This document shows positions 31,391-42,290 of a stretch of DNA of 64,000 bases, piece by piece. Origin of the DNA: Hydrolagus colliei (taxonomy: Eukaryota); contig CM068749.1 of NCBI GenBank assembly GCA_035084275.1, positions 12,648,001 to 12,712,000 on the forward strand, given 5' to 3'. The position numbers and the translations under genes were made by a program. The notes below the pieces were generated by a model. The model made no database searches. It saw only the letters and a list, made by a program, of their open reading frames with translations, and was not told where the DNA came from. Position 1 is the stretch's first letter. Every line of letters begins with the position of its first letter.

Positions 31391-31548
31391 TGTGGTATGT
31401 GTGTGACCTTCATAATGGGGTTGGTGTGTGTGTGTGACCTTCACAATGGTGTGTGTGTGTGTGTGACCTTCACATTTTGTGAATAAGTGTGTGTGTCACC
31501 TTCCTGAAGTAAGTAAGTGTCTGTGTCTTGACCTCCTGAAATTCTTGT
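31391..31548. repeat. Degenerate minisatellite, unit (GT)n-GACCTTCA
   Basis: About 5 copies of gtgtgtgacctt(c)a with variable spacers. Confidence 0.75.
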
Positions 31549-32294
31549 GAGCAAGTATCTGTGCCTTCGAGCGAAAGTTCAATAGAGTCTGATTATCAAT
31601 GGAGTTCTAAACATGGGCTGCTGGATACAGCAACTGAACTCCATAATTTCACTTCTCAAAATGCATATGGCTTCTCAAACAAGAAAAATGTGAGTGGTTG
31701 AAAACCATATTTCCATGGCTTAAGTGATGCTTCAACTGGAATGATTTACTTGAAATTTCATAATTTTTTTTTTGTCAGTCTAGTCCACTTACACATCAGC
31801 TGTCAAAAGGATTCAGGTTCAACATTAGATACAATGCAGGAATCTTGCTGGAAATTGGAAGGGAACGCTTGATGACCATCCTGCTATTCCTGCCTGAAAC
31901 TACTCTATGTAATGATGAAAGGATTTAACCATGCAGTTGAATTTTTCAATGCTTCCCAAATTTTATTAAATACCAAGAATTCATGAAGCCTGAATAAGTT
32001 GTGTTTTGGGAGCACACACATTGTTGTTAGTGTCTGATATTAATTTGAATTACATGAATAAAGCCTGCAGGCAGCCATTGTCTGATAAATCGTTCCGTAA
32101 GTCATTTCATAGAATTCACTGACAGCAACCCTCTGCTATTACAGCAGAAATTTCTGGGGAAGGACTGAAAATATCCTCGACCAGTTAATAAGCAATTATT
32201 TTGAACAAAACTGAATAAAAATGAGACTAGGGTTTCAATTCAGGGGGTGAGAGTAAATATTTTGAAGTTAATTTCAGCTGCAAGGAAATAGGTG

Positions 32295-32625
32295 TCAACC
32301 TGCCTCAATGTGGAAGTAATCTTGCCTCTGAATCAGAAGGTTGGGGGCTCAAGACCCACATTGAGACTTTGAACTTGCCGTCTAGGCTGCCACTCCAAAA
32401 CAGTACTGATTTTTTTGGGGGGGAAGTGATGTTCTGTGGATGAGATTTTTATCTGCTTATCCAGGTGGGCATTTAAAGATACCATGGCACTATTTGAAAA
32501 TAGAATGGCTTTCTACTAGTGTCCTGGCCAACAGTCTCCCACATAAAATCATTTACTCCTGCAACCCTTTACATCAGAAATACTTTGTGACTGTGGGATT
32601 TTGCTATGCACAAATTGTCTGCTAC
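32295..32625 (+). mobile_element. Deu-domain SINE, degraded
   Basis: cttgcctctgaatcagaaggttgggggctcaag head; aaagataccatggcactatttgaa; gtgtcctggccaac. Confidence 0.7.
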
Positions 32626-35600
32626 TATTACTTTGGACAATGGGGGAAGGTCTCAAATCGCTTCACACAGCAGGTTCACTGGTTCATCCAAATGGTAGCA
32701 TCTCCATAATGGAACTCTTGCAGCACTACACTAGAATGTAGCCTGGATTATGAACTCAAATTCCCAATATCTATCTTGAACCCAAAAGCTTATCCAGATG
32801 GGAGAGAATTACAAACTTAGGATATCTAACAAATAGCTTGGAGAATGCAGTGAATAAATTGGGTGGCACATGAATTGGATCGTCAGATCTTTCTCTGCTT
32901 ATGTAGGAGTAAAACAACTGTTTTAAACTATGCTATGGTTCTAAGGTGTAATTTGACCATATTTTAGCTGAAAAAAAAGTATTTTATACCTGTAATGGAA
33001 TGAATGAGCTGACTTTTGGTATTAAAGACATTATCAGACATCAATTTTTATTTAATGAGGATGAAGCTTTGGAATACATAGAACACCCATTGAGTGTGAG
33101 AGCCCAGGGAAGATATAGCTGAAGCTAGATAAACCTGGAAGACTAAAGTAAATCAATATATATAAGCCCTAGGTATGTTTCCGCAATTGTAACAATGAAC
33201 TTCTAAAAGGAAAACAAAAACCAATACAGCTTAAAAAAAAGAAAGAAAAACAACCCAGTGATTAAAGCTCACCTTTTTTTGTCAACAACAAATACATTAT
33301 TTAATTTTTTTTCAAAATATATGAATGAACGTGTTTTTTTAAAAAAACTAGGCGGCGTATGTTATGCGGGGGTATAGCTAGTTTAATGTTCTTCAAAGGT
33401 CTTGTGTGTTATTTATAACAGCACATTGTAAGTCTAATATATGAAGCCAATTAATCCATTTGTATTTCTGATGAGGATCCTAATGAATGATCAAACCCAA
33501 TCATGAATGTTAGATGCTGGTTTGGCCTTAAAACACCACAAGGACAAAGCACGAAAATGTAGATATTGGCCCCACAGTAAGCATGTTTAAATCATCAAAT
33601 GTGAGTTGAACTGGCAGAAACAAAATCAAGCTGCAGCAATCTTAATATCTCTTGAGTCACTCAACTATGACTACATTTTTTAAAAAAAGAAAACAGGACC
33701 TGAGGCAATGATTGGAATGATGTGGAAATGCACACCACCAAATGTTCCTTCTCATATTTTCATATTGCCATTCAATCATGTCACCTACTTAACTAAATTT
33801 TTGTTGTGCCAACTGAAGCTTTGTTATGATTTGATGCAAATATTAATCTGGTAATCATGCTTGCTGGGAAGTCAGTGTGTTTTAGTTTTGGGATAGGATG
33901 CAATTTGGCTGTGCCAAAATATATATTCTCCTGACACTCTGTGTCTGGGTTTCCACATTAAAAATAATCTCTTGGGTTAGGTAGGGGCAGTTGTGGGTCT
34001 CTCTAAACAATGATTTTCTGCTTCTTTTCATTGTCAATTGGTTTTGGCGAATTTAGCAACCTGCGAGATGACTCCACCACTTTGCAAGCGTTGTGATATT
34101 GTTGTGATCTTATGATATTTGCCAGATATCACTGCCACATGTTCTCTGGCTACATGTTTAATTGACCCAAACTTTGTTGCTTTTTGCTGGCCAAAAGTTC
34201 AGCCACTGACTGACAAGGAAACTCCATGCCTGCCACCACAGAAGAATCCTCCCACCCTCAAAGTTGACATATCAAAGAATGAGCCTAAGTAACCTTGAGA
34301 ATTGAGGTCGCCCGCTATTCTGGTGGTGACATGCTTGACTCCATTGCTCCAATGCATCTTGCTGTGTTATGAACGTATTAGAAATGAATAATGATAAAAT
34401 TACTGTTGTACACTACTATACAAGAATTGTCTCATGATAAGCTGTCTTATCACTAAATGGGTAGAGCAAATTGCATGTGTGTGTTGGTAACGAATTGCAA
34501 TTTTTTTTGTTTTTTGTATCATTAGGGTGTTTTGCTACAGTTAAAGATGATCAGGAAGTTGTAGAAATCAGAAGCAAAGTTTGTTCCTTATTCTTGTAAT
34601 TTTTTTATGTGGCTGCTGAGTGACTAACCCAGATCACAGCCACTAATGTAATTAGCAGCAGCTACTCCCATAGCTCTGTAGCAAGGATTGGCCTGTTTTG
34701 TAATTCTTATAGAAATGGAAGTACAGTATTGAAGCTGGAAAACATGAAAGTAAGGCCACCCATTGACATTCAACCAACATGTAATGCATAAAGGTTTATT
34801 AATGAGAGCAGGGGTATTGCTGCACCACAACTCCTAAGAGGTTTTTTTGCACAGCACATTTAAAATCTTAGCATTTTATCTTAATCTTGTATGTATAAAC
34901 GCCAGAGCAATCACTGGCAGCAAAGTATTGTATTGCAAAGCTGAATGGATGATGATCTTTATCAGCATTAATAGTTTTAATCAAATGTCTTCGCATCTTA
35001 TTGCATTGTAACAAATCGCTCTACAGACATGTATTTGTAAGGTAAGTAGAGATAGCGTTATTTATACTGCTGCTATATCTTGTCCTTTGCTGTGGTTACG
35101 TTTTCATACAGTGGCTGTGTGGTAAGTAAGTAACAAAACTGTATAATTCAGTTGATTCTGTCAGCTGACATAGGAGTGGTTTGTGAACCCTGCTGTATTG
35201 GCAAAATTAGTTGAGATGATTTTCTTTGAAATGGAAGGTAATCTTGGCACCTGTGGGTGTTAAGCACTAATTATAGCACCTCCACCCCCAATTGCATGTC
35301 CAAGCTTGACTTTGCAATTACTGGTCCTTCAAAGGATTGAAGAATAATGTGGTTGGAGTGAACCACTTGCTGGAGCAAGCTGGTTATAAACAAGTGGAGA
35401 TCAGATAAGGAGCTGTGGCTCTTGGAATGCTCTTTCAATGTGTCTCAACATTCACTACTTTATTAAAGAATAACCGGACCTATTCACAATACAAGCCTCA
35501 GCAGATATCTCGTTCACTCAAAATCATGCTTGTATTAATCCAAGATGTTTCAGTTGAAGCTCTTTGTTTTCTCCTGTATCTCACAGAAGTGGTGAGAAAA

Positions 35601-36197
35601 CCGACGGTCGGGAAACTCTCGCAAGACAATTTGTTTGACAAATCCTGGGAGTTGAACTTATCCAGATGGGACAGAACTACAAAACGAAACAGTTGATTAT
35701 TCCATGTTATGCAAGATCATTTATGTCTTATGCATTTTTAGGGATACCAATGCATATACAGTGTGTATTTTTCAAAATCCTAATGCGATCTCTGTTTTCA
35801 CATGTACGTAGATGACACCCAACTCAATCTCTCTGCCTCCACTCTCAATTCCAGGACTACTAACGTCCTGACAGACTGCCTGTCAGACATCAAGTCTTGG
35901 ATAAGAGACAGCTTTCTACAGCTGAACGTCAGAAAAACCAAAGCTTTTGTGATTGGCTCGCACCAGCGCCTCTGTACCTCAGGCACTGGCAGGATCAGCA
36001 TGCACAGATGCACACTCCATCTAACCAAGCCAATTAGGATCCTGGGTGTTTTGTTTAAACCCTGAACTGATCTTTTTCCTTCATATCTGTGCCATGATCA
36101 TTGCCTCGCCCTACCTCTGCAACCTCCTAATCCCCCACCAAACTGCCCTCCTCCACCACTCAGCAACCTCCAGTCTGCTCCATGTCCCCCGACCCAC

Positions 36198-37442
36198 TAG
36201 GGAACGGCGATATATCGGTATATCGGTAAAACCCGATATGATTTTCATATCGGTATGCCGATATAGACATTTTAAAAATACCGATATATCGAAAAACGGT
36301 ATATCGAGGTACAAAATCGGGATGCGAGCACAATCAACTACAAGACCCAGAATGCTCATCTCTATACACAATGCACAGACCGAGGTGCAAAGCCACCATC
36401 TTGTATTCATAGTCCTCGAATACATAATACAGGTGTGCAAGGGATGGGGGAAGAGAGACGGCTGTGGGTGGGGGGGGGTGAGGCGGAGAGAGACTGCTGG
36501 GGGTGGGGGGTGAGGGGGAGAGAGACGGCTGGGGGGAGTGGGAGAGAGACGGCTGGGGGGGAGAGGGGGAGAGAGACGGCTGGGGGGGGGAGGAGAGGGG
36601 GAGAGAGACGGCTGGGGGGGGGAGGAGAGGGGGAGAGAGACGGCTGGGGGGGGGAGGAGAGGGGGAGAGAGACGGCTGGGGGGAGGAGGAGAGGGGGAGA
36701 GAGACGGCTGGGGGGAGGGGGAGAGAGACGGCTGGGGGGGGGGGAGAGGGGAGAGAGATGGCTGGGGGGGGGGGTGAGAGGGGGAGAGAGATGGCTGGGG
36801 GGGGGGGAGAGGGGGAGAGAGACAGCTGTGGGGGGGGAGAGGGGGAGAGTGACAGCTGTGGGGGAGAGGGGGAGAGAGATGGCTGGGGGGGAGAGGGGGA
36901 GAGAGATGGCTGGGGGGGAGTGGGGGAGAGAGACGGCTGGGGGGGGAGGGAGAGGGGGAGAGAGACGGCTGGGGGGAGGGGGAGAGAGACGGCTGGGGGG
37001 GGGTGGGGAGGGAGAGAGAGACGGCGGGGGGGGGGAGGAGGGAGAAAGAGACGGCTGGGGGGGTGGTGGGGGAGAGAGACGACGGGGGTGGGGGGTGCGA
37101 TAGAGGGACGGCGGGGGTGGGGGAGAGAGACGGGGTGGATGTGATAATATACAGATAGATAGAGATGGGGGGGGGATGTGAGAGAGGAGAGAGGGAGAGA
37201 GACATAGAGACACAGACAGAAAAACACAGAGATGGAGAGAGTGAGAGACACAGAGAGAGAAAGATATTTACCTCCTGAGAAGATAGGCCCCGGAACGCGC
37301 GCGCACCCTAAATGCGCGCACACTCCGATGCGCGCGCGCATGCGCAGTACGAAAAAACGGAAAATATTGGTATTTCGGTATATCTCGATATGAGCCAACC
37401 GATATATCCATATCCGGAAAATTCCCATATCGCCGTTCCCTA
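36198..37442. mobile_element. Non-autonomous hAT (Ac-like) DNA transposon, copy 1
   Basis: 16-bp perfect TIR TAGGGAACGGCGATAT/ATATCGCCGTTCCCTA; 8-bp TSD CGACCCAC at 36190-36197 and 37443-37450; subterminal ATATCG/CGATAT repeats. Confidence 0.93.
36440..37265. repeat. G-rich minisatellite (core GGGGGAGAGAGACGGCTGGGGG, roughly two dozen units) followed by a GA microsatellite
   Basis: Directly visible; source of the Pro/Ser- and Gly/Glu/Arg-rich spurious ORFs. Confidence 0.95.
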
Positions 37443-38429
37443 CGACCCACCCACCCCACCATTGGCAGATGAGCTTTCAGCCACTCTGCCACCAACCCTC
37501 AGTCCCTCCGCCTCGCCTCCTCCCTAGCCTCCTTCAAGTGCTGCCTGAAAACCCTCCTCTTCAACGGTCCCATTGGTGACCCAAATCCTCTCCCCGATCC
37601 TGACCCCAGCTCGGGTCTGAAACATTGACTGCCCAGTGCCTTGGGAAATTGTCCTGGCATGAAAGGCGCTGTACAATTGTAATTTTGTTGTTATTGTTGA
37701 TCAGCACTGCCTTCCACCACCTCCGCAACATTACCCATCGCCATCACTGCCTCACCTCTCAGGCCGCTGAAACCCTTACACATGCATTTCTCACCTCAAG
37801 ACTTGACTAAGTCAACTCCCTCCTTGTCAGCCTCCCCAACTCTGCAGATGGTGTCCTCTCCCATACCAGCCTCTGCGACCCCTTCAATCTCACCTCGCCA
37901 GCTCCACTGGCTCCCCATCCCTCAGAGGATAGAATTCAAAATCCGCATCCTCACTTTCAAGGCCCTCTATGATTTTGCCCCCTCCGACCTCTCTAACCTG
38001 TTGACCCCCTATGAACCTGTCCACTCCCTCATTCAGCAGGCTCCAGCCTGCTCCATGTCTACCACCCTACCATCGGTGGCCGGGCTTTCAACGTCTCTGC
38101 CCACATGCTTTGGAACTCCATCCCACAATACCTTTACCTTTCTCCCTCCCTCGCTTCCTTCAAGGCTGGTCTCAAAACCCTCCTTTTCAACTGTGCCTTC
38201 AGCTGCCATCCTACCTCTGTGCCCTCTCTCATCCCAACCCCGTCGCCCCCTTCCCCGTGCTCGGGTCCGAACTCCTGATTGTTTAGTCCTTGGGACTTCC
38301 TCCCGATGTGAAAGGTACTCTACAAATGTAATCTTGTTGTTGTTGTTTTTATAACATGCACGGAAACTCCAGCCTCAAACATTGACATAACTAATGTTTA
38401 TCAGTAAACCTTCAATAAATTGCATTTTG

Positions 38430-38495
38430 AAATTAAAATGGGAGGAGTTAATAGAAAATTAAGAAATTTTCTATTAACTCCTCCCATTTTAATTT
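38430..38495. repeat. Perfect 31-bp inverted repeat with a 4-nt spacer
   Basis: aaattaaaatgggaggagttaatagaaaatt-aaga-aattttctattaactcctcccattttaattt. Confidence 0.95.
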
Positions 38496-38869
38496 TCAGA
38501 ACATAATTTAACATTTTAAGTACAGTATGTGTTTCAACAAAGGTTTACATTTAGATTTTATTTCAATCACTTCCTTCCTCCTAAATAGAGCTTCTATTTA
38601 AAGTGATTGTTCTTTGTGAGTGATACAAAGTTGACCCTTGGTTACACAGTGGGAATGGCCTTAGATTTGAATCAAAATCCCATATTCCACCCCTCATGCT
38701 CCCAATCAATGGGACTGATGTTTTGATGGATTGATGAGGATTTAAATTTGGCTGGATAATGGCAAGTTTGCTCTAATAGGGAAAAAAAGCATCAATGTAA
38801 TATCCACAGTGTTTCACCACAAAATGAAGTAAGCACCCATATGATTTAATTCTTCCAGACTATCCACCA

Positions 38870-39124
38870 AATCATCTTCTCATCACAGCCAGAAACTGTT
38901 TTACTAAATTAGTCCAATGTCCTGACCTTCCCCGCCATGAGGCTGCGATGACTGAAGAACCCTAGCTTGTCCAATTATTTTGCATAGCTCATTCCTCCAA
39001 CACTGGGAATCGTACTCATTGCTGTCCTGTGTATTATAGCATCTGGACAGCTCCCTTATTACTCGGTGACTAGAACTGTGTGGAGTGCTCTATGTATGGC
39101 ATGATCAGAGCATTACATAACTTG
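38870..39124 (-). mobile_element. Old CR1 RT C-terminal fragment
   Basis: The reverse strand resembles LYxAL..PxLE..QFWSP...IP...GMSY...KLGFFS. Confidence 0.6.
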
Positions 39125-41516
39125 AATGCCTTGGGATATCCTCCTGATATGAAAGGCGTTCTATAAATGTAATTTGGTTGTTGTTGTTAAGTGTGACATT
39201 TGTGCCAGATAACATAGCAAAACATTTGTACATAACTTTGTTTAGGTGCAACAATGTTTGTCAGTGTGTTTGCCTCATGGGGACACCAAGATTTATAAGG
39301 TTTTTTTTAACCTGAAGAACCACAATTATTTGCAAACTCCCCTTGAGAGAGAAGCCCACAAACCATCTTCAATCTGCTGAAACTTCTTTTGAAAGCATTT
39401 ACCAGTATCTTTACAATATGGCACTTTGCACAGGAGAGCTCTGTGAATTGAACACTTCATTAAGCATACGACAGCTCTGTGGAATGAACAGTGCATTCCG
39501 CTGAAGACATTTGTGGATTGAAAAGCGTAAAATTATACAATGAATTGTGCATATGTCAAGGGGCTGGATGGATTGGAAGTGACTGTGCTGGAAGTTATTT
39601 ACCTCCCTCTCTTAGAACAAAACCAAAGTTTGTATCCTTCCATATGCTTATAGCACAATGATCAATTGTCATACAGATGTGAAGCTTGTTAATAAATACC
39701 CATCCATAGTCTAATTCAATCTGTAAGATTACTAATGCCTTGCACACATTCCAAGTAGGAAATCTCTATTTTGAGCCTGGATATCCATAATTGAATCCGA
39801 CAGCATTTATTACATATTCATAACTAAATTGTGAATTGAGGCAATAACTCCCATCGCAAGTGCATATTTAGGGGGTTTACCATAATGATTGTTCTACCAA
39901 TTTGTTTTTCTTCAAGCTAGTAATACACAGAGATAAGGGAAATTTTTTGTTGTTGTTTGTAACCTTTCATTCCTGCTCTAAGCCTACCTGAAATATTTTG
40001 ACTAAGCATAACCTTAGTCCAAAGCTTCATGTGCATTGTTTTCATATGTGAAAAATGCATCTGGTGCTTGTTTGAACTGTGTCTTTTTTTTAATTTCCAA
40101 TAATTGAAGTGAAGGACTAGAACATTTATTGGCATTGGAACACCCCTGGGTCTGGTTCACACGATCCGATTCAAACTCTCCTGGCCTGTTGTACCGTATG
40201 TCTTGATGTGATACTTCAAAGATCCCCCCTTGTTCCACAGCCATCTGTATAGCCCTTTTGAATGATGTCAATTTGTGTTGAGGGCCTTTTAGCATTATGG
40301 CAGAACAACTTTTATAAAGGACTTTAATAAGCTGGCAGAGAGAGAACTCCTTCATTTGAACTGGATGCACATCCTGTAGTTGAACTTAAAATGCAGTTGT
40401 CTTAATCCAGTGTACTACACAGTTACATTGGTACCTAAAATTTGGATATGGTGAAGAATATGATGATAATTCAGGCATCACAATTCACTTTAGAAATTTG
40501 GTTTGAGTCGGGAAGCTTCAATTTTGAATACTTGGCAATGCTTCTCATGTTTTGAGCGTGCTCCTAGTTCATCTTTAGTGGTGATCAAAAATGCAGACAA
40601 ATATTTGGCTCTAGTCAAGCTCTGGTATTTGTATGAAAATATATTAATTTTTTGTATCTGAAAATCTGATGCCATCAGTTACTCTAGTTGCTGCACTATC
40701 CTATCACTGCTGATAGAGTATTCAGGGTTGAGCTTGGCTTGTCACACCAAGGCTTCCACCTGAAAAATGGCCATACAGAGTATGCCTATAGACCTGTATC
40801 ATGCCTTTTGAGTAATGAAGAGAGACACTTGAAAATGTGGGTTGAGTTTTGCATATCAGCTGAATTTTTGCAATGTGTTACTGAGTTCTTTACATTACCT
40901 GTGTTGCTTATTTGTCAATGAATCTACTAAGTATTGAGATTGTAAAAGCATTTAACCATATCAGTACATGTAGAAGAGCACAAACCTGAGCTTTTATTTC
41001 TTGTAAAGTGTTTCAATGTGATCTTTAAAAAATTCGTGACTGGGATTTTAGTTTGTGCAGAAATGATCCCGGAAACCTTCAATATAAACTCAAATTAGTT
41101 TCTACTTAGTGCTGTTAACTCTCTTCCTTCAGTGGTTGCTATTTCCTTTCACAGAGGATAAGTGCATCTTTAATCTGAAATGCTGTAAATTCAGGTCTGG
41201 AAATAAAAATAACATTTTATCTTTTAATTGGCCTTCACTCCTGTGGTTGATACTTTATCGTAAGTGTCATATGTACATCTCCAAAAGGTCTGTTTTGTGT
41301 TAATGTTATCCTCTGCTATATGTATTGATACAGTGCAATTCTCTCAATTTGTCTTGCCTCCTAATGATGCACAGAATATTGACTTTTCATTTGCCTTCTT
41401 AACTTATTTCTAGACTTCAAATAACTGCTATAAAGATAGACTGACCAGCAGTAAGGATCAACTGAATAGGTTAGGACTTTTGGCTATAGTGGAGGTGTTT
41501 AAAGTGGAACCTAATA

Positions 41517-41927
41517 CAATTTAAAAACTTGCTTATCTGGCATCCTCGGGACCTGCCAGTTAATTAAATATGCCAGATATTCGAGCAGCAAGTTGCCAAA
41601 AATCCTACACAAAAAATGAACTTATTGTAAAACATACTATATTAATAATAGACTAAATAATAACAGAATATTTTATGGATACTTACCAATAAAGCATTCC
41701 AGCACACTTGGTAAAATGATCGGTAAAATAAAAATTCCAGCATTTGCTAAGTTTAATAAGTGCGCGTGCGCACGCATTGTACGCATGCGCAAAGTGAGCA
41801 TACTCGCGAGTGTCCCGGATGGCTCCTGTATGAGATCCATTTGCTGGAATGGTGAATTGTATTGGGAGATACCGGTTGGGGTTGAACGTTCCGGTTGGTT
41901 GGGTGCAGGATAAACAAGCTTTTACTG
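41517..41927. mobile_element. Tc1/mariner (pogo/Tigger-like) MITE, copy 2
   Basis: Right TIR GGATAAACAAGCTTTTACTG|TA; degenerate left TIR TA|CAATTTAAAAACTTGCTTATCTGGC; shares atattaataatagactaaataataacagaatatt with the copy at 6508. Confidence 0.82.
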
Positions 41928-42115
41928 TATATATGTTCATAATTTGGAAAGGGTTCAAAAAGATTATTTTGAACATAAATAGATTACTTTCACTAATTGG
42001 GAAGTCTGTAACCAGGGGACACACATAGAAGATAGCAACTAGGGAATGTAAAAGAGAATTTAGGAGGAGATATTTCCGAAGAGTAGTGTGATTGTAGAAT
42101 TCTCTGCAGGAAGGA

Positions 42116-42290
42116 ATCCTTGCATTTGATATACACCTTGTTGTTGAGACGTTTCCAAGTGCTTCACAGAATACACCGTAAAGTGAATTGAATGACTGTG
42201 TTTTGTGGGCAAAACGTGGCAACCAATTGTGTCTCACAAGCAGTCATAGATTGAGTAACTTAAATTTGTTTTAAGGGATTATTAATAGGA
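42116..42290 (-). mobile_element. SINE 3' half, antisense
   Basis: aatccttgcatttgatata...gtaaagtgaattgaatgactgtgttttgtgggcaaaacg. Confidence 0.8.

Larger units (their letters stand above)
36101..37697 (+). mobile_element. Inner 5'-truncated L2 3' fragment (TSD TGATCA), itself split by a hAT element
   Basis: TGATCA at 36095-36100 and 37698-37703; ends with gaaaggcgctgtacaattgtaattttgttgttattg. Confidence 0.8.
35798..38350 (+). mobile_element. Outer L2 LINE (35798-36100 + 37704-38350) split by a nested L2 and a hAT element
   Basis: MYVDDTQL...LSDIKSWIRDSFLQLN before the insertion; continues TAFHHLRNI...AAETLTHAFLTSRLD, LHWLPIPQRIEFKI after it; L2 tail at ~38350. Confidence 0.88.

Noticed and set aside
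31391-31548. Repeat-spacer pattern resembling a CRISPR array
   Set aside because: Vertebrate DNA, degenerate microsatellite-based units, irregular spacers and no cas genes.
36111-37428. Long Pro/Ser-rich and Gly/Glu/Arg-rich ORFs (up to 364 aa) on both strands
   Set aside because: They arise from a stop-free G-rich minisatellite inside a hAT element and are open in nearly all frames.
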